A DNA stretch of 64,000 bases from Callorhinchus milii (Eukaryota). The notes below the pieces were generated by a model. The model was not told the origin of the DNA and did no database searches. It was given only the letters and a program-made list of their open reading frames with translations. This document shows, piece by piece, positions 11,618-25,329 of the stretch; position 1 is the stretch's first letter, and each line of letters starts with the position of its first letter. The stretch spans positions 22,136,001-22,200,000 of the forward strand of contig NW_024704742.1 in assembly GCF_018977255.1 (NCBI RefSeq), read 5' to 3'. The translations under genes were made by a program, and so were the position numbers.

Positions 11618-14164
11618 TAAATATACTGCTGGCAGCTTTGTAAATAAAGAAGTGCCACACACATGTGGAATTAAAGTAAAACTATTGTAGCCTTACAGCT
11701 TGTATTCCTTTATGGTTTGTTAAGGAACACAAACCGTAGTTCAGTACAGAATAATAAATTAAAGCTACCATACAAAAATGTTACAGAAGAAAGCAATTTC
11801 ACCCGTCAGAAAATTGTAGTCATAACTTCATCTGACTACATTTGTCATTAATAATTTTGCATGATGGACAGGGCTACTAGATTTCACGGTGACATTTTCA
11901 TACAGAATGACAAAGTAGACCCCATAAAGATGCCAGATTTTCAGAGCTGTCAGACAAAGTCAAACTGCCAAAGAGTAAGCTTGTTTTTTACTGCAGCAAA
12001 AGTATTCGATTACTGATGGGAATGTGATAAAATACTATAGGTAATTTACATTTAAAATTCAGCTACTTAAATAGAATGAAATGGCAAAGTATCAAACATT
12101 TGTCAACTATCCCTATATATTTATCAACAACAACAAATTACATTTTATAGCACCTCTCTTGTCAGGAGGACATCACAGTTACTAATTACACAGTTACATC
12201 ACGTGTTTCTAATTACATGTATTATTTACATTCCAGAATTTAATCTGAAAGTCAGTAATTGGAAAACTGTTTATCAACATTTCATCAGGTCTTTTTAGAA
12301 AATTTATGGGGTATCCAGAAACAATCATAAAAAAAGTAACAACAATTTGATATTTTATAACTATTAAGTCTGCAATTGATGAGGAGCAGTAGTGCATTAA
12401 CTAGTCATAGGTCAATCAATTTCTTTTATTCCTTCATCCTACCCTTCCCAACCTATCCCTCACTCCTGACTGCTTTCATCCAAGATGAACATTTCAAAGG
12501 ATTTCACAAAATAATAATAATCCTTGCATTTGATATGGCAGCTTATCATGTTTTGAGATGATAGAATTTACTGAGCAGGGAAGAAAGAGAGGGACTATAT
12601 ATAGGGTCTAAGTGTGACCGAAGACATAGTCAAAGAATAGGTTTTAAGAAACCTCTGAAGGCAGAGAGAGAAGACACAAGTTGAAGGGACTTCAGAGAAT
12701 GATAGTATAGTATTAAAACTTCAAACCAGTATAAAATCAGTATTGGAATCCTAATCATTTTCAAACTTGCATTTAAATAAATTGCACTGTAGTGTACTGT
12801 CGTCGACAAATGTTCAATAAAGTTTACAGTTGTTTGAGCAGAAATATCAGTGTAGGAGGTAGAGTGTCAATAATGCCTGACCAGGAACAGCCACATACAC
12901 TGTAATTTAATTTGCATGAAATCTTGCAAATAGATTTAGGCAGTCTATATCAGAAATGTTATTATTATTTCATTATAAGATTATATCAGAATGGAATTAT
13001 AAAAACACTTCTCTAGAAACTGTCTTGCCTCTTCTTTCATCTCTTGAATTAATAAACTCAATTAAGAAGCAGTTACAGATTTCTATCTAATTTTCTTTAG
13101 TGCTAGACTCAAGATCATAAATCTTGCTGTTTAGCAGAAAAATAAGTCTACTTCCCTTGACAAACTTGAATGAAAATCAATACACGATTAGGCTCAAAAA
13201 TGAATTATTTTTACAATTTGTTGCTCAACAGTCAAATTAATAGTAAGGCAGTTCAGAAAAGGCCCTTCCGTAGTTCTGTAATCACAAAAATCATTGATGG
13301 TCCAGGTGAGTAGAAATGTGACCCCTTCATAACATTCATATTATAATAAGTTAAATAGATTGTTGCAACCAATTATTTCCTGGGCTCACACAGGAAGAAT
13401 CCCCATTTGGAGGAAGCAGCTCAACTGAGATAGTTAGCTGAAGCTAAATAACAATGTGGAACTGAGTCCAGGACTGAACCTACTCTACTGAATTGTGAGC
13501 CAAATGGCTGGACTCTTGGGGGCAGACAATCTTCTATTTAGAGATTAACTCAGATGAGAATAAAAGAATCAGTCAGTCCCAAAATGTACCAATGAAATTG
13601 TCACCAGAACACGTCAAAGCCAATCTCTGACTTGCGCCACAGAAATAGCAAGACTTCAAAAATGACAACACTCTCTAAAGCAAATTACAAATACAAAGGC
13701 AGAAAATATGCAAAACATGATTTTTTTCTTGAAACTGCCAGATGTCTAGTTTTACTTTGTGCACAAGGGACTGTAAAACAGCTCTTTCAGAAACTCGATG
13801 TAGTAACCTTGGGACAAGAACTAAGAATTTCATTATGGTTGCCTTTGATACTTCCTCATTCCCAGATCTCAAGCAAACAGCAAGCAATGAATCAGATTTA
13901 ATTAATCTCTAAATGGATTTTTTTTCTCCTTAAAATAAGCAATTGTTATAATTTCTAGATCTCTTGGAAAGAGCTCCCATTTGTGCTACACAAACTTTCA
14001 TTTAAAATTTTCACTTTAAGTACTTGTATATAAATATGCATGAGTATAAATATTGTTTCAAAAATGCAGATAGAAATCTAAGATTTTGTCACCTTTTAAA
14101 AAAAAGTGCTTTGCACTATTTTATTGGAATACATGTCACATAAATTACTATACAAAATTACTAT

Positions 14165-14370
14165 ACAAAACCAAAAACAATAATTAAATTGGTCATTTTC
14201 AATCTACGACTGTTTGTGGGCATTGCTGTGCGCAATTGGCTGCCGCGTTCGCCCACAAATATACAGTCAATTCACTTTACAGTGTGTTCTGTGAAGCGCT
14301 TTGGGACGTCCTCCCGATGTGAAAAGCGCTATATCAAATGCAAGGATTATTATTATTATTATTATTATTA
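14165..14370 (+). mobile_element. SINE 3' half with (TTA)n tail
   Basis: Near-identical to 47066-47261. Confidence 0.88.
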
Positions 14371-14582
14371 ACAGACAGCTTGGCTGGTTTAATTAATAAT
14401 GTAGCTCTTGTTGAACTTAGGAAAGTTAAACTTTCCCGGTTTTGGAAGTCAAAATCCATTTTTCTAAATGAAAACTGTTGCCTAGTAATTTACTATGATT
14501 TTTACAGTATCAACTTGTTTCTTCCATGAAAAAAGTTTCATTGCAGTTTCAATGAAGATGTCAGCTATCAACTAATGTTATT

Positions 14583-14850
14583 ACAACAACAACAAATTAC
14601 ATTTGTATAGCGCCTTTCACATCAGGAGAATGTCCCAAAGTTCTGGACAGTCAGGAATTTGGACCCGAGCTGGGGATTGGGATCAGGCGGGTTGGAGGGC
14701 AGAGAGGTTAGGGGTGGGAGGGTGACCGAAAATGAGGGTTTTGAGTTGTAGGTTGAAGAAGGCAAGGGAGAGAGCAAGGTGAAGGGACTGTGGGATGGAG
14801 ATCAAAAGTGTAGGGGCAGAGAGGCTGAAGGCCCAACCTCCAATAGTGCT
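14583..14850 (-). mobile_element. L2 LINE 3' fragment
   Basis: Encodes TIGGWAFSLSAPTL…SIPQSL; (TTG)n tail. Confidence 0.85.
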
Positions 14851-15123
14851 TATTAGCATAAACAAAAAGTATTATAATTACTAAATATATTTATGAAAAA
14901 ACTGGTCATAAGTTTTCTTATCCCTTAAATGTATCTGTTGTACTTCTGGCTTTTTAGACTATGATCAGATTGAGAGAAAATAATTTCTACCTAATGAAAG
15001 CAACAATAATACAGGAATGACACTTTGCATATATCAGAAAAAAGAATTGTTGTCATAATATTGAAAAAAAATGAAGAATGTTATATTAATACTTTAACAT
15101 ACATCTAGCCACACATTCTATTT

Positions 15124-15530
15124 TTCTTTCGTCAGCTGGGTATCTCACACATGCGGAAACCCATCACAATGATTAAGGGTATCCAACCCAAACTGAGTTC
15201 CATGCATCCCACCTATACATGGAAATTCCTGAGATGTTAATTGTAACGGAATGCACACTCTCTCCTTGGAGAGACGCATTCTGCTTACCTAATTCTGTAT
15301 TAGGCGTAAGTTGGCAAGAGCCAAGGCTTGGGAACCCCAGAGTGTGCGTTAGGGTACTGCTGGAGTCTAACATGAAAAACGTGTAGCTTGCCATTGAGGG
15401 CACTGCCTGGGAAGCTTTCCCATTGCTTACCTAGTTAGGACCACCCTACCCATTAGTGCTTTGGCTTGTAGGGTTAACAGGAGTTGAGTGGGATGACTCC
15501 CTGCCTTCAGTGACTTGTCTGCCCTTCCAA
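15124..15530 (+). repeat. Unclassified interspersed repeat, copy 2
   Basis: See copy 1. Its first ~160 bp also match the reverse complement of 41495-41660. Confidence 0.75.
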
Positions 15531-15899
15531 GTCCTGCCGATGAGCTGTGCGGGCTGTGCTGTCATCAACAATGCCCTGGAATATTATGAACCCACTTGGA
15601 TCAGGAACCAGACCATCGAGACCCCACAGAGGGCTGGCTCGATTCCGACATTCCATTGCTATTTTTCTTCCTCATTACATTGTCCATTGTGGAGGTCAAT
15701 AGCAAATTTGATGACTGCCAGATAATTTGTTTTAGTGGCTGCTTTACTTGCCAATCTCCAACTAATGGACACTTTGCAATATAAAGTCGCTCCAGAAATT
15801 GTACACTTAAAGATAAGTGAAGTTGTCCACAATGTTCAAAGAGTTAACCTCATCACATTAGCTAAATGAATTGAAAATTAGCAGAAAATAATTCATTAT

Positions 15900-16357
15900 T
15901 CGCGACCATATCATCCCCATCCTCACCCGGCTCCACTGGCTCCTATCACTCAGAGGATATAGTTCAAGATCCTGGTCCTCACCTTCAAAGCCCTCCACAG
16001 CCTTGCTCCTTCCTACCTCTGTGCCTGCTAAGCCCCTACCAACTTGTCCACTCTCTCCGGGCACTGGGCTGCTTCATTTCCGCTGCCTTGCTCGCCCCAC
16101 CATTAACGGTTGGGCCTTCAGCCTCTCTACCCTCACCCTCTGGAACTCCATCCCACAGTGCCTCTACGTCACCTCCTCCCTTGCCTCCTACAAGACCCTC
16201 CTCTTTGTCCGTTCCTTCAGTCACCCTCCTACCCCTACCCTCCCTGCTCTCCACCCTCCTGATCCCAACAACCAGCTCGGGTGCAGATTCCTGACTGTCC
16301 AGCGCTTTGGGACGTCCCTGACATGAAAGGCACAATACAAATGTAATTTTTTGTTGT
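15900..16357 (+). mobile_element. L2 LINE 3' fragment
   Basis: Encodes PTINGWAFSLSTLTLWNSIPQ. Tail cagcgctttgggacgtccctgacatgaaaggcacaatacaaatgtaattttttgttgt. Confidence 0.88.
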
Positions 16358-16650
16358 ATTCCCTAATAGCTCATTCCATTTCACATACAGGTCAGACATC
16401 TTCAAAGTATTTGTGACATGACCACTGTACAACCACTGGCAAAAGTCATCCCAAGTGAACTGTGTTTTATTTGCAAGAATCTGCTGTACAGTACACAGGC
16501 TCATAAGATCACAAGGCTTTGGCAATAATCAAAGTTCTCAGAGTTGAAGACCAGAGAGCCTGTGTGTGCCTGACAGTGAATTCCCGAGAGAAAATATGGT
16601 TTACATCACAGGCACCTTTGCCGGAAGCCAAAGAGCTAAGTGCTTTTTAG

Positions 16651-16687
16651 ATGCATACAATGGCATTTTAGATGCCATTGTATGCAT
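16651..16687. repeat. Perfect hairpin: 16-bp stem, 5-nt loop
   Basis: ATGCATACAATGGCAT-tttag-ATGCCATTGTATGCAT. Confidence 0.95.
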
Positions 16688-16774
16688 TTTGCAAAATGAA
16701 ACAGTAAACTAAGTTTTTAGCACGTATTTGGCACATTCAGTACTTAAATGAAGTAAAATGATAAAGTAAAATTT

Positions 16775-16827
16775 GCGGGGCAGGCTCGAAGGGCCGAATG
16801 GCCTACTCTTGCTCCTACATGTTATGA
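16775..16827 (+). mobile_element. Very short CR1 3' terminus
   Basis: gcaggctcgaagggccgaatggcctactcttgctcctacatgttatg is near-identical to 4507-4552. Confidence 0.8.
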
Positions 16828-16946
16828 TAAGTAAATTTTCTGTATGAAAGCACTGGTAATTTGTTGTGAAAGACAGCAATGCTCCTACTGCCTCCAGCAG
16901 TGCTGGCTGCTATTTTTGTCTATCTATAGGCAGTTCAAGCTTTTAG

Positions 16947-17025
16947 CCTCCACGTATAATGTGGAGGTTTCCATGTACGATGTGGAGGTTTCCATGTATA
17001 TGTGGAAGATTCCACATACGATGTG
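16947..17025. repeat. Short tandem repeat, about 21-bp unit x3 (ATGTGGAGGTTTCCATGTACG)
   Basis: Read directly; each unit is quasi-palindromic (tcca…tgga). Confidence 0.85.
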
Positions 17026-20000
17026 TTAGGATTCACAACTTCCCCCCTAACAGTCATGTAGGTGCAGTTGTCAGTACTGTAGAATATACCTTGCAGTGTA
17101 ATTTGCTGGGCTGCCAATGCTGGGTAAATCCCACAGCATTCGCAACCTAAGATATTGCAGATGTGTTTGTTGAGGTGGTACTGTTGTATAAATCTAAATG
17201 TTACATACACGTGTTCAGTTAACAAAGTAGAGAAAACATCAGTGAATTAAATGCCAATGAAATTCTGTACCTTTGATTTGATAAAGCAATAGGCCTTGTT
17301 CTCAAACACATTCAGCTGCTATAGAAGAAATCATTTTGTACATGATTCCTTCTATGGATTGACTGTGTTGGATGATTAGATGAATCATCAGGTTACAAAT
17401 CTATGCAATAAACCCAATAAGGCTTTAAATCTGCTGAAATGGCTTAGTTACTCTAAAAAATGAAGGTCCTACTGCAAAATGCTTTGTGTGGGCATAGACT
17501 CCCACTGTGCTACTATAATAAAAGAATAACCAGCCTAACTAAAAGAATAACTCGGTAAAAACCTTCAAAGGCAAACAAAAATATTGTAAATGTTAGGATA
17601 TACTTTCAGCTCGAGTACATTTGGACTTTTTTTATTGAGAAACAAAGATTTTACTTTATAGTTTATTCACATTATTCTTTGAGAATAAGAAAAAAACATG
17701 GGTCAGGAAAGCCCAATTACTAATCAAGTGCAACCTTCCAGAAATTATGGAAAATGTACACTTTCCATGACCTCCCCACCTCCCATTTGCCAGCTTCTGG
17801 GGGAATGTTCTGCATACTGCAGAATGTCAAAGATATCCAAGATATTCAAGGTAACACTCCAATTAATCCATCCTTCAACAATTTTCAACAATTCAAACCT
17901 GAGCCTTTTCTCACCAAAGACAACATAACCTGCTCTTGCCCAGGCTCAAGAAGCAGTTGGGTGTCCCATGAACACATCACCTCAGTCTGCACCTATCCCT
18001 ATATGCACCAATGCTGTTCTCAAACAGATAAATACAGTATAATTAACATGAGTCATATCAGTCAGGACCATCTGAGTTGCAGGCAAACCGTATAAATCAG
18101 ATAATATCCGATTTAATCAATAATCTACACTTTGCATGCGTCTTCACCCGTCGCTGCATGTGCATTTACCGGCAAGCGTTGGTATGGCATTGAGTGCGAA
18201 TCTGAGAAATGAAGTTCTTCTGCGCATGCAGTGCTAGATCAAGACTATGTTTCCTGTGATTTAATGCAGCCGTAAGTGTGCATGTGTAGACGGATCAGGA
18301 CTTCACTTCCTGCAATTCAATGCAGCCGGTAAGTGCTGGAGTAATGGAGAATAGGGGAGCGGTATTATGAGTTAGGAGGTGATTAATATGAGTAGTGCAA
18401 ACAAATCTAAGTATTTTTGATAGGAAACTGAATGGGACTCAGTGCATGTACAACTTAGGCATTTATATGATTTATAAGGAAAAGACTTATGTGACTTTTA
18501 TTGTATGCTGTTTGATTACAATATCCATTTTTGAAGGTCTTGGCTGTTACACACAGCTACTTTTCGGTGAAAATACATTCTAATGTCTAATCCTGTTCAG
18601 ACTTTTCATAAAATTACGTTCTCTAGATTTGCTGTTTTTGTCTAAGAAGTCAACTGGCCTGCTGACATTTGCGTTTTCGATAACTGAGACCTGGGTTACA
18701 TCCCCTTCAATTCTATTCAATGAGTACAACTGTTCCATTCTCTGTTAAATGTGAAGCCCAATATCCCTGAATTATCCTCAGTGATCTGCTGCTGTTTATT
18801 AGTCCATCTGAAACTTTTGCTTCTATATTTCTCAAATATAAGTATTATAATTTTACAAAAAAATTGGTCGACTTTTTTAAGCACACTGGTCAGAATTACA
18901 AAAGCCTGCTCATTATTGTCTTAATCAGTGCTAGCTTGGCAGTGGGATTCGATTACTGTAATCGTAACATATTACAGCTCACTCTAGTGGTGAAAAACTG
19001 ATATCAGCAATACAACTACTGTACTGTACTGCCAAAGGCTGAAATCAAATTCTGAAGAAATTGGTTATTAAAAATTCACATCACCAGCATTATCAGATGT
19101 TCAGTGATATCATAACTGTTTGCAGTGTACACATTAAAATAGATACATGTTGGAGTCTGCACAATTTGGTTTTGCCCACAAAATATAGTCACTAACTTTA
19201 CAGTATGTTCTGTGAAGGGATGTGAGACATCTTGAAGACACGATAAGGCGCTGTATCAAATGCAAGGATTATTATTATTAATAATGTGAAATCCAATAGC
19301 TGCACAAAGCACCCTGCAGTTTTCAATCTGCACGAATATGAACTGGACAGTTAAATTTTCTTGAGCTGCAGCCTTTAATTTGTAATTTTAATTTGTTGAA
19401 AATTGTTTTTTGTAACTATCTGAGAAAATAATCACAGGGTTGGAAAACAAAAATAAACATTCAACTATCGCAGCTTTTATTTACTTAAAAAGTGTTACCT
19501 TTATAGTACCCGTTAGTTTACACAAAGCCTCAGTGGTGTCCAAACCAAACTTTGGAGTAATTTTTAAATGAAGTGGTTGGGTGTTCAGGTATTTCATGGA
19601 AATGAAAACTAAGTGGGATTTGTTTTGCAATTCATTTATAATGCAACACTTAAAAGTGCAGAGAAAATAAACATGAAATTACAATAGTTTGCACTTGTAT
19701 AACACCTTTTTATGAAGGATGAAAATTTCAAAGTGTTTTCCAGAAGCTTTAGGGAGCACGTAGAAGAGAGAAAGAAGGTTTTAAGAATAAAATACGTTCA
19801 TACAGTATTCAGCTTCAAAGATTTTTACTCTTCGTGCAATTATTACATTTTACATCATGCATCCCTGACATACAACTGTTTATAATTTGTTTGCCAAACA
19901 ATCACATTACATTTCAAAGCAAAGCTAAATATAATATATTGTCCAAACCAAATCCAATTTGCTCCACTTTTTATAATACTGTAATAAGTAAAATCAGATA

Positions 20001-20496
20001 AAGCACTGCCTTTGTGGCCAGGAGGATGTCTCAAAGCACTTCACAGGATATACTGCAAAATGAAGTGACTGTTTTATGGGTGATCATGGCAGCCAATTTG
20101 TGCGACAAACAGCCATGGAGTGAGTGACCAATTTTATTTGGGGGATTATTGACCAGGGCACCAGGAGAAACTTTCTTCTGGGACGTGGGACTTGAACTCA
20201 GAACCTTCTGACTCAGATGGAATAATGATTTAATTTAAAGAGTAATTATAAATTTAAAAATAGCAACATAAAAAGGGTATAATCAATAGAAGACTAATTT
20301 GCCAAATTCAAATTATTTTGAAACGTTTCTGTGACTCCATACAAGAATACAATTTTGGGAAAACTTTAACATATGGCAGAACTTAAAAATATCTCATATC
20401 ATGATACAAATTATCATCATGAGGTTACACAGCTTTAACAAACTGTATTATACGGTTAAAAATTAGGAATACAGTATATGTATGATAGATAGATTG

Positions 20497-20509
20497 CCAC
20501 TAGATGGCA
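20497..20509 (+). promoter_or_regulatory. Candidate CTCF site
   Basis: CCACTAGATGGCA fits the CTCF core CCASYAGRKGGCR exactly. Motif match only; no evidence of binding. Confidence 0.4.
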
Positions 20510-22369
20510 AAATAGGTCTGCCTGCACTAAATCAATTTCCACCTTTAACCTCAGAGCTTATTTTACATAATTTTAGATTTCAAGAAGCTGGTAACAATAG
20601 AATTTTCCTGCCTCCTTTCATGCAAATTAACACCCCAGTGCAGTGCTGGGGAACACTGCAATGTCAAGTGTGCAGTCTTTCAGATGAGATGTTAACCCAA
20701 AGTCCCATATGCCTATTCAGGTGGACTTTAAAGATACAATGGCACTAGGCAAAAAAGAAGGAAGTTTCTCCCAGTTTCTTGGCCAAACAGAAGATCAAAT
20801 TGGTCATTCACTTCATGGCAGCATGCTGAACATTTCTGTGTGCAGATTGGCTGCCGTATTCATCTTCAAATACACAGTCACTACACCTTACAGTAAATCT
20901 TGTGTAGCACTCCCCAAAACAGGGCAGGGGAAAGAAAAGATTACCAAAATCATGGTCAAAGAGGTAAGTCTCAGTGTGGGATTTCAAAGTCGAGAGAGAG
21001 AGTCAGAGATACTCCGGTATGGATAATTGGAATGCATACAGAAGTACTATATAAATTCCCTCCACCGCTTTCTATCAGTCTTTACATCCTGCCTTAAAAG
21101 CTATGTCTTTGACCACTCCTATGGTCATCTTCCCCTTCCTCTCTAACCTTTTCCCTTTTGTTGGCAACTGACACCATAATTGTTAGGCGTTCCAAGACAT
21201 TCTTACTTGAAGGATGCTATATAAATGCAAGTTGTTATATTAAAATTTCTGATGAACACATTTTATCAGCTGCTTCAATAATTAGTTGGATGTCATTAAC
21301 CCTCGAATGGCTTTCTTGCTTATCTCTTAGGAAAGTGAAAGGAGTAGGATTAAAACAGAATCGCAGCACTGGCACCAACCAGTTTGGTTCAGGAATGAAG
21401 GCGTAGACAGATGGTGTGGCAGATTACATAAAATTTTCCCAGACCTCATTTAGCACCAAGGGTGGTGGGCTACAAGCTGCCCATTCCACAATATGAACAT
21501 CACCAATCTAATCACCTTTAATTTGTCAGATTTACCAAATGGCCATCACTTTTTGAATAGTATATGCACTTATAACATTAATTGTTAAATTAACATTTCT
21601 GGTAAGATGCAAACTTTTACGCAGTTTTTGAATCAGTTCATGTCTTATTTAATATTCGTATAACCAAAACGATCGAGGAAAAACCCTTGAGAGTTAAAAA
21701 TATGTTTTTGAGTTAATAGCCAAACTCAACATACTGTACATCTCACATAAACAAGTTAGTGAACAACTAACAAGATTTGAATTGGCTGCTGAATGAACCA
21801 AACATAAGCGCGATCTATATAGGGCACTATTTTGCTACATGACGGCAATGAACTTATCAATTCAGAGTTTATGGTTGAATACAACTGCTACATTGGGTTT
21901 ATCAATCACCAAGAAATGTAGGACAAAGTTTGTGACCTTCGAGGGCTGGTATGGCTTTTAGAAACAGAAAACGCAATCCCTCACCTGATCAGATGCTCAA
22001 AAGTGGCTTGTTTAATGACAGCAAGATGGAAACCTACTCTTCAAAATTATAATACTGTACATGAAATGTATCAAAATCACTAGCATAATCTAGCATCATC
22101 AAGAATAAAAAAAGTTTATTAAGCAGAAATCAAAGACAAGGACACCAAAATATAAATTATTCAATTTCCCCACCTATTCAACACATTACTTAATACTTAT
22201 ACTTTCCACATGCCTTTCTTCTCAAGTGTATCTATCTTCCTTTTATACACTTCAATTGATTCTACTTCTACTGCCTTCTGGGCCAATGCATTTCACATTC
22301 TCACAACTGTGTGAAGAAATATTTTCTGTATTCACCTTACAATATACATTTATATATACTGAAGTACAT

Positions 22370-22690
22370 GTTGAAGTGAACCACATGTCTGCAGAGATGT
22401 CACAGAGAGGGAACATATAGATGGTGGAGAGGAGCGAGGCAGAGCCCTGAGGAACAAAACTTGCAACTGTGCAGGGGTGTAAGAAGCTGTTTGATGCGAG
22501 AAAATGGATATGCTGGGATAGTAGGAGTGCAACCAGAATAGGACAGAACCATGAAGGTGGAGAGAGTAGAGGCGGTGGAAAAGGATGGCGTGATCGTAGT
22601 GTCAAAGGAGGAGAGATCAATGAGAACAAGGACGCAGATGGAGAGAATGCTGTTTGCGACTTTGACCAGGGTAGTCAGGTACTGTGGACT
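22370..22690 (-). mobile_element. Old L2 RT fragment
   Basis: Minus strand encodes VPQGSASLLSTIYMFPLCDI, a degenerate GVPQGSxLGP…IYMLPLGDI. Confidence 0.65.
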
Positions 22691-22699
22691 ATGCTCACT

Positions 22700-23050
22700 C
22701 CACCTCATAAAGCCGATATAAAAAACTTGGGGTTTTGTCCAAATATCCTTCAAACCCTGTATTGGCGTTCTCACTTGCGTGGCTTACCCTCACCTCTGCA
22801 ACACTGCCCACCTCCGCCGATACCTCTTTACCAGCTCCTGAAACATTGACCCTTGCCTTCACCACCTCCAGGCTCAAAGACCCTATTTGACTGACTCCCC
22901 AGCATCTCCTTACACAAACTGCTGTCCTTCTGAACTATGAAATTTGTGTCCTCCCCCGTAAGCCCATCCTCCATTGACTCCAAACGCTCCAGTCATATGC
23001 GTAAAATGCTTTGTGACATCCCCTTCCCCGACATGAAGTCACTATATAAA
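22700..23050 (+). mobile_element. Old L2 3' fragment
   Basis: cctgaaacattgacccttgccttcaccacctccaggctc resembles ETL…AF…SRL. Tail gacatgaagtcactatataaat. Confidence 0.6.
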
Positions 23051-25329
23051 TTACTGGTGGAACTTTTCCCCATATGTTTTCCAAACTTCATAAAGTATTG
23101 AAGATAGACCCTTATTGAGTCCCCACTGAGGAACCAGAACAGGCCACCACTGCTGACATTGCCATTCTGTCCAAGTACAGACTACAAATTGTAGTCTTTT
23201 AGAAAGACCTTATTTTTTGACATGAATCCTCCTGACCCTGACTGAGGAGCCACCAGATCCAGCAGGGATCAGGTATTACCCAGAGATTTATTCATAGCTC
23301 ACTGCCCCAGGATCTTTAAATGGAGCATTATAAAAGGGCAACTGCACAATGAATCTTTCACAACACTGAAACCAAACACCAGATTCTGATGTTCTGTTCA
23401 AGCAACACTATGTTTTTTTTCCTAATTGATTCAAAGCCAAAGAATGCCAAACGGCCAAGACTTCACTGCTGGCAGAATACGCATTAGTGCAACACTTGAA
23501 GTCTGAAGCTATAATAGATACTTTTAGAAAATCCAAAAGTCAAGAAAATTTGCTAACTGATAAAAAATGGTAAAAAACATAAAATGGTACGATAAAATGA
23601 AAAAAGTTGTTTTAGTTAGTTTCAAATATGTGGTACAGTCAATTATTTTAGTTACTGATGAGAGTTTAAAGAACAATTACATTAAGCAACAGAGTAACAA
23701 ATTTGCAATTATAGGGTAAATATAAATTGAGCACATGAACACCATAAGTCATTTTTGATCTACCATATTAGAACATGTGTTATAATGATGATACAGAACA
23801 AGTGAAGTTAGTTTCAAAACAGCTAGAGAATTAATAGGAGCACCCTCCAAATGTTTAATTTAATTCACAATGACATGAATTATTTCAAGACCGAGGTTCT
23901 TTCCTTCTTCAAGAAGACTGTATATAATGAAATTATGTTTACAACTGGTGATGTCTGTTTATAATGTACTTTCAAAGTGAAAATATTCCTCATACATTTT
24001 TGCAAAGTAGACAGTTGGCTCCTAAAACTACATACAGAGGTCAGTAATAGACAAGTTATCATGATTGGTGTTTCTATACCCAACTGTGAAAACGTTTGGC
24101 ATTATTCCAATTAAATGACATGGTCAAGTACTCAGGGAACATAATTGATACCCTCAAGAAATGTAATTAAAAATCCAGAACTGACAGTTCTCACAGATCA
24201 GAATGTCCTTAACTGCTCTAATATCAGAAGAAACTCAGGTTATATTTTTTATGAATTGAAAAGTTTCATAAAATTAATACACAGCTTTAAAATATGCTTT
24301 TTAAAATACAGTAAATGGAAACAACAAATGAATTAGCTTTTTAATATCCAATAATCCAATCACATTATTCGTATTTGAAAGCTGAACATTCGAACCTAAT
24401 TGAGTAATGGTTCTCTTCTACGCTTTTTAAAAAAAAGTGGCAAAAGGGGCAAAGAAATAATAAACCAAATCAGTAGCTGAATCATTAGACCAAAGTCTTG
24501 ACTGAATAGTAATAAGTCAACTTTAGCTGAAATGTATTGGGAAAATTGAGTACAGCAAGACGAACAAAGTACTCCATCTCCTGTCTTGACCTTTGGATCA
24601 ACCAGAGTATGCTCAATTCCCTGTGCAGTGCATGTAGCAGTTCATAAATGAAATCAGGAGGGCGGAAAGAAGTAATAATCAAATCTCCATTCACATAGTT
24701 ATGTAATTTTATTTCGAGTTGTGACAATGATATAAGATGGTTGTAGTTTAAACAAAGCCAAATTGATGCAACCTCAGTTGTTGAGAACTAGAATGAAAAT
24801 ACATGCATTCAGTTTTAACTAAAAGAATGCCGATTGTTACTTAAATATATATGGGAACTCAGTTAATAAAATAGATTAGAAAACAAATGTTCACTTCCAG
24901 TTTAGAAAAAATTCAAAAATAAAATTTATACAATGGCATTCTTCTGTGCTGTAAATTTCTTTGGTTAAAAAAATTTCTACGATATACATCATGTTCTCAA
25001 AAATAGGCATACGTAAACATCATAAAAGCTGCATTAAAATACCACACTAGTTTTAATCTCATAATATTAGCAGCTACTATCTCATTTTATAAAAACTAGA
25101 AAAAAAAATCCCAATGATATTGCACTAACTTCTTGCAATTCAAAATGTACCATGAGGAAAGAATGATGGTTTGTGTGGTTGATGATGATGCAGAGAAATA
25201 ACCTTAAATTGTTCATCTTTGGGTTGCCACTTCCAAAGATTCTTTTTTTTTTAAAAATGGTGCAAAGTTCACACTTAATTCCCATTTCTATGCATTACGT
25301 GTGACTCAAGGGAAGAAGATCCATTGGAG

